Shown here: positions 1 through 8,186 of the stretch, piece by piece
How the letters are laid out: each line of letters opens with the position of its first letter
Position numbering within the stretch: the stretch's first letter is position 1
Source of the DNA: Nostoc sp.
GTDB taxonomy: Bacteria > Cyanobacteriota > Cyanobacteriia > Cyanobacteriales > Nostocaceae
DNA: 64,000 nucleotides
Assembly (NCBI RefSeq): GCF_036917465.1
Contig: NZ_JBALDL010000073.1
Span: 42 to 64,041, forward strand
Direction: 5' to 3'
The notes under the pieces: model-generated
What the model saw: the letters and a program-made list of their open reading frames with translations, nothing else
Database searches by the model: none
What the model was told of the DNA's origin: nothing
Position numbers and translations under genes: made by a program

Positions 1-1180
1 CGTTTGCATAGTTTGGGTCGATTTGCAAAGCTCTTTGGTAGGCGGCGATCGCTTCTTCTAGCCTACCTAGCTCATCCAGAACAAACCCTAAGTTATTGTG
101 AGCGATTATAGAGTTCGGGTCAAGACGGAGGGCTGCTTTGTACTTGACGGCTGCTTCCTCGAACTTTTTAGCTTCGCGCAAACGATCTGCTTCGTTTATC
201 AGGCATGTGACTTTATCTTCGCGCTTTTCTTGCTCTTGTGCAGTGACTTGCTCCTCAAGCAGGGTTACATCCTCATTTCTGAGTTTTAGCATCTGCTGAT
301 AATTCTTTAGTCCTTCACGGCTGTAGTCACTGAGTGGATATTCCAATTGAAGGACTTCGATTAATTCTTGTTCGTATCGTCGCAACTTTTGCTGATAGTC
401 CTCCAGTGATACCTCTACCTTTTGAACACTGATAACCTTGAGATACAAATCTCCCCATTTATTGGTTATCGAGTTAAGTTTACCTTTACCTCGAACCCGC
501 AGTTTCTTACCAGGACTAAAACCAGATGGAACAGTCACAGTAATTGAGCCATCCTCCAGCGCAATCTTCTTTTCTGTACCGTAGGTCAATTCAGCAATAC
601 TCAGAGGGAGTTCTAGCGTTAGGTCAGTTTGAATTTGATTATTAGGTTGAGATGGAGCATTATCTGTTGCGGGTTTGAGAGCAAGAGGCTTTTGGTTTGC
701 AGAACTGTCTTTGGGAGGTGAGTAATTCGAGCTATCAACTAATCGCTTCACCTCTTGCCGAATTCCCTTGACAACTTCTAAGAATGCTTCATCTTGATCA
801 TCCCAGCTTTTTATCGGTTTGCGATTACTAGGCAGGGGTGACAATTTATCAATGGGAGGATTGTCCCAATCTGCATGGCGTAGCAATACCGGAATCACAC
901 GAGCCTTACCTGCGGCATTTTGTTCTAAGGCTCGTGTAACTTCAACAGTCCAGTGATAGTCTGAATTAATAAAATCTGGACTCACCAACAGTAAAATTAG
1001 CCCAGCTTGTTTGAGGTGCTTATTAATTTCATCTTGAAACTCTTGCCCAGCGATAATTTCGCGCTTGTGCCAACTGGTAATAGTTTGTTCCCGCAGCAAA
1101 GTCGCTAGATGCTTCTCTAACTCTTCGCGCAGTTCTTCATCTTTTTGGTGATAGGAAATAAAAACTTCAATAGACTTCAT
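1..1180 (-). CDS. TIR domain + DnaJ C-terminal-like segment + coiled coil + TPR protein (3' end runs off the window; absent from ORF track)
   Basis: Hand translation from ATG at 1180: MKSIEVFISYHQKDEELREELEKHLATLLREQTITSWHKREIIAGQEF...LLLVSPDFINSDYHWTVEVTRALEQ (TIR_2 pattern with conserved Glu). Then DLTLELPLSIAELTYGTEKKIALEDGSITVTVPSGFSPGKKLRVRGKG...GDLYLKV (DnaJ_C-like, ~425-625), YQQKLRRYEQELIEVLQLEYPLS, and TPR-like AHNNLGFVLDELGRLEEAIAAYQRALQIDPNYA. No stop codon before position 1. Confidence 0.88.
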   Translation of the reverse strand, partial: MKSIEVFISYHQKDEELREELEKHLATLLREQTITSWHKREIIAGQEFQDEINKHLKQAGLILLLVSPDFINSDYHWTVEVTRALEQNAAGKARVIPVLLRHADWDNPPIDKLSPLPSNRKPIKSWDDQDEAFLEVVKGIRQEVKRLVDSSNYSPPKDSSANQKPLALKPATDNAPSQPNNQIQTDLTLELPLSIAELTYGTEKKIALEDGSITVTVPSGFSPGKKLRVRGKGKLNSITNKWGDLYLKVISVQKVEVSLEDYQQKLRRYEQELIEVLQLEYPLSDYSREGLKNYQQMLKLRNEDVTLLEEQVTAQEQEKREDKVTCLINEADRLREAKKFEEAAVKYKAALRLDPNSIIAHNNLGFVLDELGRLEEAIAAYQRALQIDPNYAN

Positions 1181-1218
1181 AGGAGATATGGCAAGACGCT
1201 AGCTGGTTTAAAAGAAAA

Positions 1219-1962
1219 CTACAAAAGCTTTTGCTCGATTTCCTCAAGCTGCCGATCTAATCTATTTTGTTCTGTTTCGGTATCCTGAATTTGCACCTCT
1301 AGCTTCAGCTTTGTAGATACATCTGTTTCAATGCCGTATGCTTGACGCAGCCGACCTAATTTTGTGCTAGCCAGGTCATACTGTTGTTGCAGTGAATCCC
1401 GTTCTTGCTCTAATCGGCGACGCTGGCGCTCAGTTAAACCCCCACTCGTTGAAGGAGGGCTGGAAGTAGCAGGTGTAGTAGTTGCAGAAGCAGTTGAGGA
1501 GGAGGGTTTTGATCTAGCAATATCTTCAACTACTCTGCGAATCCCTTGAGCGACATTTAAAAAAGCCTCATCTTGGTCTGGCCAGGTGGTGACAGGTTTA
1601 GCATTTTTAGGGAGTGCTTGCAATTTACCAAAAGGCGCACCATTCCAGTCCGTCGGCTTCAGAATAATGGGAATTACACGAGCTTCCCGCGTTTCGTGTC
1701 GCTCCATTGCTCGTATCATTTCTTTGTCATAGCAGTAATCTGAAGCCAGAAAGTTAGCACTTACGAGCAGCAGAATGATATCTGCAACTTCAAGATTGTC
1801 ATCGATCGCATTTGCCCATTCACTCCCAGCACTGATTTCACGGTCATGCCAAGCTTCAATAACTCCTTGACGTTTCATCATGCTAAGATGAGTTGCCAGT
1901 TCGTCTCGCAACACTTCATCTTTGTGGGAGTAGGAAAAAAATACTTTAACCGCATTAGACAT
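1219..1962 (-). CDS. TIR domain protein with Ser/Thr-rich linker and C-terminal coiled-coil (EAD9-like) domain
   Basis: VFFSYSHKDE...WHDREISAG...ASDYCYDKEM...VIPIIL is a typical TIR_2 sequence. The C-terminus RRRLEQERDSLQQQYDL...KLGRLRQAYGIETD...KLKLEVQI resembles effector-associated domain EAD9 as I recall it; needs an HMM check. Confidence 0.85.
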   Translation of the reverse strand: MSNAVKVFFSYSHKDEVLRDELATHLSMMKRQGVIEAWHDREISAGSEWANAIDDNLEVADIILLLVSANFLASDYCYDKEMIRAMERHETREARVIPIILKPTDWNGAPFGKLQALPKNAKPVTTWPDQDEAFLNVAQGIRRVVEDIARSKPSSSTASATTTPATSSPPSTSGGLTERQRRRLEQERDSLQQQYDLASTKLGRLRQAYGIETDVSTKLKLEVQIQDTETEQNRLDRQLEEIEQKLL

Positions 1963-2116
1963 ATTCTTAAATCTACTTGACTGAATAGCTGTATAGGACT
2001 ATATCAAGTTAATTTTCCCAGAATAAAAGCCCAAATGAAGAATATTTATTTAATGTGAGTTCAACGGGTTATATAGTGTCAGTCTAATCAGCCTAATAAA
2101 AAAGATTTTACTACGC

Positions 2117-2151
2117 AAAATCTGTCCCTCTTTGCGTCGGAGAAGGACAGA
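2117..2151 (-). terminator. Probable intrinsic terminator downstream of nadE
   Basis: On the minus strand TCTGTCCTTCT-loop-AGAGGGACAGA is followed by TTTT (short U tract). Confidence 0.5.
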
Positions 2152-2223
2152 CTTTAATAAAAGTTCAAGGTAGGGACAGGTTTGATAACTAATTACTTAA
2201 TTTGCGGATAAGCATTTTGTCCA

Positions 2224-3942
2224 TCACAACAAACTCAGGTTAGGTGTAGCTGTAGTTTTAGTCTGGTAAGCCTTTTTGACACCAACCCAGTTACTAGCAA
2301 TTGGCATTCGCCAACCAGTTCCGAAGGCGCGATCGGTGATTTTTAAACCGGGGGGTGCTTGTCGCCGTTTAAATTCAGCCCGCGCTACCATTTGAATTAC
2401 TCTGTCTACAATTACCGAATCGTGACCGGCTGCAACAATTTGCGCTGCTGATTGGTGGTTGTGAACTAGGCGTTGCAAAATATCGTCCAAAATTTCGTAA
2501 GGCGGTAGAGAGTCTTGATCCACTTGTCCTGGTTTGAGTTCGGCGCTTGGTGCTTTAGTCAAGACGTTTTGCGGGATGATTTCTTTATTACGATTTAACC
2601 ATTGGCAAAGTGAATACACACGGGTTTTCGGAACATCTGCAATTACTGCTAATCCGCCATTCATATCGCCGTAGAGGGTACAGTAACCAACTGCCATTTC
2701 TGACTTGTTACCTGTAGATAAAAGGAGATAGCCAAATTTATTAGCGATCGCCATTAATAAATTACCCCGAATCCGAGACTGGATATTCTCTTCAGCTAGT
2801 CCAAATTCAGTACCTGCAAACAAATCACCTAATGTTTGATCGAAGCCTTGCATTAACTCACCAATTGGTAAAAGATTAGTCTTAATCCCCAAATTGTCGG
2901 CTAATGCTACAGCATCACTGATGGAATGCTCCGAACTGTAAGGGGAAGGCATGAGAACACCGAGGACATTTTCTTTACCAAGTGCAGCAGCTGCGATCGC
3001 AGCTACGATTGCCGAGTCAATCCCACCACTTAAACCCAAGACTACTTTAGAAAAACGACACTTACGAGCATAATCTCGCACTCCCAAAACCAAAGCTTGC
3101 CAAATTTCTTGATCTTCTGACTCATAGATAGGTTCTACAGAACCCAACTGTAAATCCCGTTGTTCCTCATCAAATTCAACTACTACTAAATCGGTGTCAA
3201 AGCCACGGGCGCGACACATAATTTCACCTTGGCGATTCAAGGCAAAACTACGCCCATCAAAAATTAGATCGTCATTTCCGCCAACCTGATTAACATAAAT
3301 AATAGGTTGTTGAAAACGCACTGCACTATGCTTGAGCATTGTTTCTCGAAGTTGCTGCTTGCCGACCGTGTAAGGCGAAGCAGACAAATTGACAATCAAA
3401 TCTACACCCAAAATTGCTAAATCAGCAATCGGATTTACTGCATAAGTGCGCTTGCCCCAAAATTCCTCATCATTCCATAAATCTTCGCAAATAGTTACGC
3501 CAATATGGATATCATCTAAAGTGAAATAATTAGCTTGTAACCCTGCTTCAAAATAGCGACGTTCGTCAAAGACATCGTAAGTAGGCAAAAGGCGCTTGTG
3601 AAAAACTTGCTTTACCTTGCCATTCTCTAACAAAGCCATGCTGTTAAATAATGTTTTCCCGCCAGTAATAGAGGCTTCGAGATTTTGTTCAACAGTTCCT
3701 ACCAACACGGCCAGATTTGGCGGTAAATCTTGAGCCAAGTTTTGTAAAGTGATGCCCATCGCTTCCACAAAACTAGGATTTAGTAATAAATCTCTAGGTG
3801 GATAGCCACACAATGAAAGTTCTGGTGTTAGCACCAAACGCGCACCGCTAGATGCTGCGCGTTGTGCCGCCTCCAGGATTTTTTGGGCATTTAAAAGCAA
3901 ATCACCAATTGTCGGATTAATTTGAGCGATCGCTATTTTCAT
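2224..3942 (-). CDS. nadE: Glutamine-dependent NAD+ synthetase
   Basis: N-terminal nitrilase-fold glutaminase (PELSLCGY, ICEDLW) and C-terminal synthetase (GLSGGIDSA, ENIQSRIRG, TGNKSE). Likely start MKIAIAQ at 3942; the track start at 3954 lies in STRR sequence. Confidence 0.97.
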   Translation of the reverse strand: MKIAIAQINPTIGDLLLNAQKILEAAQRAASSGARLVLTPELSLCGYPPRDLLLNPSFVEAMGITLQNLAQDLPPNLAVLVGTVEQNLEASITGGKTLFNSMALLENGKVKQVFHKRLLPTYDVFDERRYFEAGLQANYFTLDDIHIGVTICEDLWNDEEFWGKRTYAVNPIADLAILGVDLIVNLSASPYTVGKQQLRETMLKHSAVRFQQPIIYVNQVGGNDDLIFDGRSFALNRQGEIMCRARGFDTDLVVVEFDEEQRDLQLGSVEPIYESEDQEIWQALVLGVRDYARKCRFSKVVLGLSGGIDSAIVAAIAAAALGKENVLGVLMPSPYSSEHSISDAVALADNLGIKTNLLPIGELMQGFDQTLGDLFAGTEFGLAEENIQSRIRGNLLMAIANKFGYLLLSTGNKSEMAVGYCTLYGDMNGGLAVIADVPKTRVYSLCQWLNRNKEIIPQNVLTKAPSAELKPGQVDQDSLPPYEILDDILQRLVHNHQSAAQIVAAGHDSVIVDRVIQMVARAEFKRRQAPPGLKITDRAFGTGWRMPIASNWVGVKKAYQTKTTATPNLSLL

Positions 3943-3945
3943 ATT

Positions 3946-3981
3946 ATTTGTCATTAGTCATTGGTCATTTGTCATTTGTCA
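3946..3981. repeat. STRR2-type heptamer tandem (TT[G/A]GTCA / TTTGTCA)
   Basis: tttgtcattagtcattggtcatttgtcatttgtca just upstream of nadE. Confidence 0.8.
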
Positions 3982-4007
3982 AGAGTCACTTATGACTTTT
4001 GACTTTG

Positions 4008-4141
4008 CAATACGGTTCGGTTAACGTTTTAATATTTTGAAGATCCCCCCAACCCCCTTAAAAAGAGAGGCTTATAACCCTCTTCTACCCCCTTTTTAAG
4101 GGGGTCGCCGCAGGCGGGGGGATCTTAACCGAAAGGTATTG
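4008..4141. mobile_element. 134-bp MITE-like element, copy 1
   Basis: Imperfect 17-bp terminal inverted repeats CAATACGGTTCGGTTAA / TTAACCGAAAGGTATTG around a GC-rich multi-hairpin core. Near-identical copy at 7523-7657. No clear TSD. Confidence 0.75.
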
Positions 4142-4170
4142 CAGGAATTTGGACTCTGTAAAGTGATTGG

Positions 4171-4917
4171 TTAAATAAATACCAAGGGTTTATCTTTTAA
4201 GGGAGCAAATGCTTCTGCGTCAAACTTATACAAACTAGCTGGACGGCCAGCACCTCGTGATACCTTAATTCCGGTATCGCATAAAAAACCTAACTTGAGT
4301 AGACGCGCCCGAAAATTAGAATAGTCGGAAAAGTTATCACCTAAAACTGTGGCGTATAACTGATATAAATCGTTTAAGGTAAACATTTCTGGTAAGACTT
4401 CAAAAGCCACCGGGCTATACTCTAATTTATTACGCAACCGCCTGTGGCCATAAGCCAGAATTTCATTATGGTCAAAAGCTAGTTGCGGCACTTGTTTTAC
4501 CGGATACCAAGCTATACCAGTCATGCGATCGGCAATCAATTCGGCTTCCTCAAATCGCACTAGGGCAAAGTAACTAACTGATAGATAACGCACACCATAA
4601 CTATCAGTTGCTTCCCGTGGATCGCGATTTGGCCCGCCAAATGTATAGAGTTGTTCTAAATAGAGATTGTTGACCTTAATTTTCTCCGCCATAATGCGAT
4701 AGGCGGCATCTTCTAAAGACTCTCCGGGACGTACTAAAGTACCGGGAAGACTCCAATGATTTAAAAATGGTTCTTGCTGTCGCATTACTAGTAGAACTAA
4801 CAGCCGATTTTGTACAGTATCTACAGAAAAAATTACATTATCCACACCAACCTTGAAATCGGCCAAAGGTTGTTGGTTTAACGGAGTTGATATCTTTTTT
4901 TGGGAACGTCCTGGCAT
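4171..4917 (-). CDS. nrtR: NrtR-family Nudix-domain/wHTH transcriptional regulator
   Basis: Nudix-like N-terminus (WSLPGTLVRPGESLEDAAYR; YTFGGPNRDPR) and C-terminal wHTH (FTLNDLYQLY...SNFRARLL...GRPASLY). Located inside an NAD operon. Confidence 0.9.
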   Translation of the reverse strand: MPGRSQKKISTPLNQQPLADFKVGVDNVIFSVDTVQNRLLVLLVMRQQEPFLNHWSLPGTLVRPGESLEDAAYRIMAEKIKVNNLYLEQLYTFGGPNRDPREATDSYGVRYLSVSYFALVRFEEAELIADRMTGIAWYPVKQVPQLAFDHNEILAYGHRRLRNKLEYSPVAFEVLPEMFTLNDLYQLYATVLGDNFSDYSNFRARLLKLGFLCDTGIKVSRGAGRPASLYKFDAEAFAPLKDKPLVFI

Positions 4918-5480
4918 TCGTACAAATGCTCTCGATTAATATAGGCAACTACAGGGGCAGTAAGGGCTTCAGAATCTCCATGTTCGCGGTATGCTGTTGA
5001 GGAAACATTTAGACCGGTCAGACTAGCGATCGCAATTTTCCCTCCCAGCTTCTGCACTACCTCTGAACTAGACTCATCTATTGCATATCCGGGTCGCGGT
5101 ACAATCAGTAGTTGCACTTGCTGTAACAAATCTTCAATGCGATACCAACGTGGTAGTTGACTCAGTAAATCTGAACCAATAATTATCGTTAATTCAGCGT
5201 CTTCACCCCAAGTAATCTTCGCTTTTTCAACTGTTTCCAGTGTTCTGAAGCTACTCAATTTTTGTTCCAAAGCAATATTGTGCCGTGGCGCGTCTATATC
5301 CGCAATCAGCAATCGTAACATTGCCGCCCGATGTTCTAGGAGTGTTTGATGGGACTTAAATGGATTATCCGCCGCCCAAACCGCTACCCAATCATAGCGT
5401 GCAGACAACCAACTCAGAATTTCTTGATGTCCCGCAGTTGGCGGATCGGCACTCGTTCCAAACAAAGCAACTCTCATCAT
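4878..5480 (-). CDS. nadD: Nicotinate-nucleotide adenylyltransferase
   Basis: FGTSADPPTAGH nucleotidyltransferase motif, NPFK, IIGSDL, SSTAYR. Overlaps the nrtR start by 40 nt. Confidence 0.92.
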   Translation of the reverse strand: MMRVALFGTSADPPTAGHQEILSWLSARYDWVAVWAADNPFKSHQTLLEHRAAMLRLLIADIDAPRHNIALEQKLSSFRTLETVEKAKITWGEDAELTIIIGSDLLSQLPRWYRIEDLLQQVQLLIVPRPGYAIDESSSEVVQKLGGKIAIASLTGLNVSSTAYREHGDSEALTAPVVAYINREHLYECQDVPKKRYQLR

Positions 5481-5481
5481 C

Positions 5482-6897
5482 TTACTTTGCGTCCTTTGCG
5501 TCCTTGGCGGTTCGTTTTTTGGTTTCTTCAGTCAACACCCGTAACCCTTCAGAAATTTCCACCTCTACAGCTACAGGAAGATCCAAACGCCGTGTCTCTT
5601 CTGACAAACTCGCAACTGAGGCGGCGGTACGTTGACGAATTGTTGCCAACGACTCTAACGGTTGCACCCGTTGACCCTCCTGCACTACCAATTGCAACAA
5701 AGGTTCTTCATCCAGAAAACTTTCACCTAAGAGTCCCAATCTGTCTGCTTTTACCTTACCTCCCGTAAACGAACGAAAAATCTGTTTGCGCCCTGGATAA
5801 GTAACCTTACCACTTGACTGCTTCATCACCGGGATACCATCAATGTCTACAAGTTTATAGACTCCATTTACAGGCGAACCTGTAACTAATCGGGTTCCTA
5901 GTCCGTAACCATCAATTTGCGCCCCAGCAGCTTTTAATCTGGCAATTTCCCACTCATCCAAATCGCCACTGGCAAAAATTGGTACACCGGGAAGGAGCGA
6001 TCGCACCTGTTTTGATAAGGTAACTAAATCTCCTGAGTCTAATCGCACTCCTGTCAATTGCATTTCCCCGGAATTTACTTTTTCGGCCAAGCGCTGGGCA
6101 GCAGCAACGGTATCGTAAGTATCAATCAGCAACGGCGCACCCGGAAAATATCGATGAAATGCACTAAAAGCTTGTTCTTCAGTGCCTTCTATTGCTGATA
6201 ACGCCATCACCAGGGCGTGCGCCATCGTACCACTCGGCTGTTGTCCCAGTTGTAGCGCTGCTAACACATTGGAGGTGGAATCTAACCCACCCGCCAAGGC
6301 CGCCCGCGCTGCCCACAAAGACCCTTGGGGACTAAATGCTCGTCTTGTGCCAAATTCTAAAAGTGTTGCTTCTTCCCCCGCTACATCCCGCAACCTTGCT
6401 GCTTTTGTGGCAATCAAAGTCTGGTAATTAATCGTATTCAGCAGGTAAGTTTCTACTAATTGTGCTTGCCAAAGTGGTGCTTCTATTCGCAAAAGTGGCT
6501 GATTGGCAAATACGGCTGTCCCTTCTGGTACTGCCCAAACATCACCCGTAAACTTTCCCTCAGCTAAAAGTGACCAAAAGCGTTCGCCTGCATGAGCGAA
6601 AATTCCCGTTGCCTGTAATGCCGCAATTTGTGCGGCACTAAAACGGATTTTGGCTAAATATTCCAATGCCTGTGTTAGCCCCATTGCAATTAAATAACCA
6701 AAACCCTCTGGCAATCGTCTGACAGACAATTCAAAGCTGGCCCGTCGTTGTTCAATACCTTCGCCTGTGTAACAAGCTACCATTGTCAATTGGTAAAGAT
6801 CCGTCAGCAAGCTGTAGTCATCAGCCGAGAGGTTTAATTCCTCGTTCTGCTGACTTTGTTGTTTATATACATAGTCCAAATCTGGCAAAGTTGTCAT
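5482..6897 (-). CDS. pncB: Nicotinate phosphoribosyltransferase
   Basis: LLTDLYQLTM, EFGTRRA, GTMAHA, LLIDTYD, GVRLDSGD, ASGDLDE motifs. Stop lies 1 nt from the nadD start. Confidence 0.96.
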   Translation of the reverse strand: MTTLPDLDYVYKQQSQQNEELNLSADDYSLLTDLYQLTMVACYTGEGIEQRRASFELSVRRLPEGFGYLIAMGLTQALEYLAKIRFSAAQIAALQATGIFAHAGERFWSLLAEGKFTGDVWAVPEGTAVFANQPLLRIEAPLWQAQLVETYLLNTINYQTLIATKAARLRDVAGEEATLLEFGTRRAFSPQGSLWAARAALAGGLDSTSNVLAALQLGQQPSGTMAHALVMALSAIEGTEEQAFSAFHRYFPGAPLLIDTYDTVAAAQRLAEKVNSGEMQLTGVRLDSGDLVTLSKQVRSLLPGVPIFASGDLDEWEIARLKAAGAQIDGYGLGTRLVTGSPVNGVYKLVDIDGIPVMKQSSGKVTYPGRKQIFRSFTGGKVKADRLGLLGESFLDEEPLLQLVVQEGQRVQPLESLATIRQRTAASVASLSEETRRLDLPVAVEVEISEGLRVLTEETKKRTAKDAKDAK

Positions 6898-6925
6898 GCA
6901 AGAGATTCCTTACAAGCTGCTTCTT

Positions 6926-6954
6926 TTATTTATGGTAATATTTACCATAAATAA
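6926..6954. promoter_or_regulatory. Perfect palindrome, probable NrtR operator
   Basis: TTATTTATGGTAA-TAT-TTACCATAAATAA (13-bp arms) 28 nt upstream of the pncB start of an nrtR-containing operon. Confidence 0.75.
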
Positions 6955-7350
6955 TGTCAACTATCGGCAAGTATATTTTCTGAGATTGCCGCATAACAGT
7001 AGATTAATAGGCAAATTAATACTAACTTCATAAAATACTTAACTTTGCTTAATAGTAATAGCTAGCAATAATGTTAATCAAATGAGGCGGCTAATGAAGG
7101 GAAACAATATCCTGTCAGAGAAAGTTTGTTTTGCTTTGCTCTTTTCCCAACTGGGGTTGAAGAAACAACTATGTTACAATTAGAATCAAAGAGAAAGCTT
7201 TGAGTTTTTAACAAGCTAAAGTATTGCGAAGTTATCTGAATAAACATTGCATATAGTCTCAATATATTGAGAATAAGAGCCAGCCTTGAATGTCAGTATT
7301 AGAGTATAGATAGCACAATTAAAGCGGCTCGAAAAAAGGAGTCCAATATT

Positions 7351-7503
7351 ATGGCTATTTCCAACATCATTGCGAACATAACCAAGTATATTTCTGAAGC
7401 TGCAATGCGGATTTTTGGGCCTAATGATGATGCTTATCCTGCTACAGGCGTACAACCTTTTACAGGTGAGCCTTATGATAAGCGTAAAGATGATAATAAT
7501 TAG
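7351..7503 (+). CDS. 50-aa small protein, below the ORF-track cutoff
   Basis: AAGGAG SD at 7336-7341, then MAISNIIANITKYISEAAMRIFGPNDDAYPATGVQPFTGEPYDKRKDDNN*. The RIFxPxDDxYPxxGVQPFxGEP motif resembles a small cyanobacterial family I recall. Confidence 0.75.
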   Translation: MAISNIIANITKYISEAAMRIFGPNDDAYPATGVQPFTGEPYDKRKDDNN

Positions 7504-7522
7504 GTGCTGAATATAGGAATTC

Positions 7523-7657
7523 CAATACAGCTCGGTTAACGTTTTAATATTTTGAAGATCCCCCCAACCCCCCTTAAAAAGGGGGGCTTCTAACTCTCTT
7601 TTACCCCCTTTTTAAGGGGATCGCCGCAGGCGGGGGGATCTTAACCGAACCATATTG
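7523..7657. mobile_element. 135-bp MITE-like element, copy 2
   Basis: CAATACAGCTCGGTTAA ... TTAACCGAACCATATTG; collinear with 4008-4141 and in the same orientation. Confidence 0.75.
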
Positions 7658-7798
7658 ATAAAAATCCACCTTGAATCTTTTTCAAAGCCTCGCTTGATCA
7701 GCAAAGCTCAAAAATTCTTGTTTAAAACCAAGCATAGAGAAAGAAGTATTTAATATTCTCTAGGCAGAGTAATAAGATAGCGTTATATAGCAATCCTC

Positions 7799-7831
7799 AG
7801 ATCCCCGACTTCTTAGAGAAGTCGGGGATCT
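7799..7831. repeat. Small dispersed palindrome
   Basis: AGATCCCCGACTTCT-tag-AGAAGTCGGGGATCT; a relative lies at 16965-16999. Confidence 0.75.
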
Positions 7832-8156
7832 CGTTTTTCACGAATCATATTCGCCCAATACTTTTAAAATATTCTCTGATAATATTTACTTGTGTTTTAT
7901 CGGGATTTTAATCTGAAAAAGTAAAGGTTTTAGCAACTCTCTCAGGCTAGTTTCGTAGTTTGGTAGAATGCATTTTTTACTTTTCAGACATCCTTTCCCC
8001 CCTTTCTAAGGGGGGTAATTCGACTTGTGTGACACCATAGCTTTGTAAGAGAGGGATTTTCCAGATACTGTGAAAAGTCAGAGCAATTTTAACTTGACAA
8101 ACTACTTAAAGCGATCGCATCTTATTCCATTTCAGATCGCCCAGCAGTAAAGATTT

Positions 8157-8183
8157 AAGGCGTGAAAAAAACTCACGCCTTTT
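8157..8183 (-). terminator. Hairpin terminator downstream of treH
   Basis: AAGGCGTGA-aaaaaac-TCACGCCTT hairpin immediately after the treH stop. Confidence 0.55.
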
Positions 8184-8186
8184 GAT

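Noticed and set aside
98-289. 63-aa plus-strand ORF
   Set aside because: Antisense shadow of the TIR-TPR gene on the minus strand.
5346-5768. Plus-strand ORFs of 140 aa and 91 aa across nadD/pncB
   Set aside because: Antisense shadows of well-supported genes.
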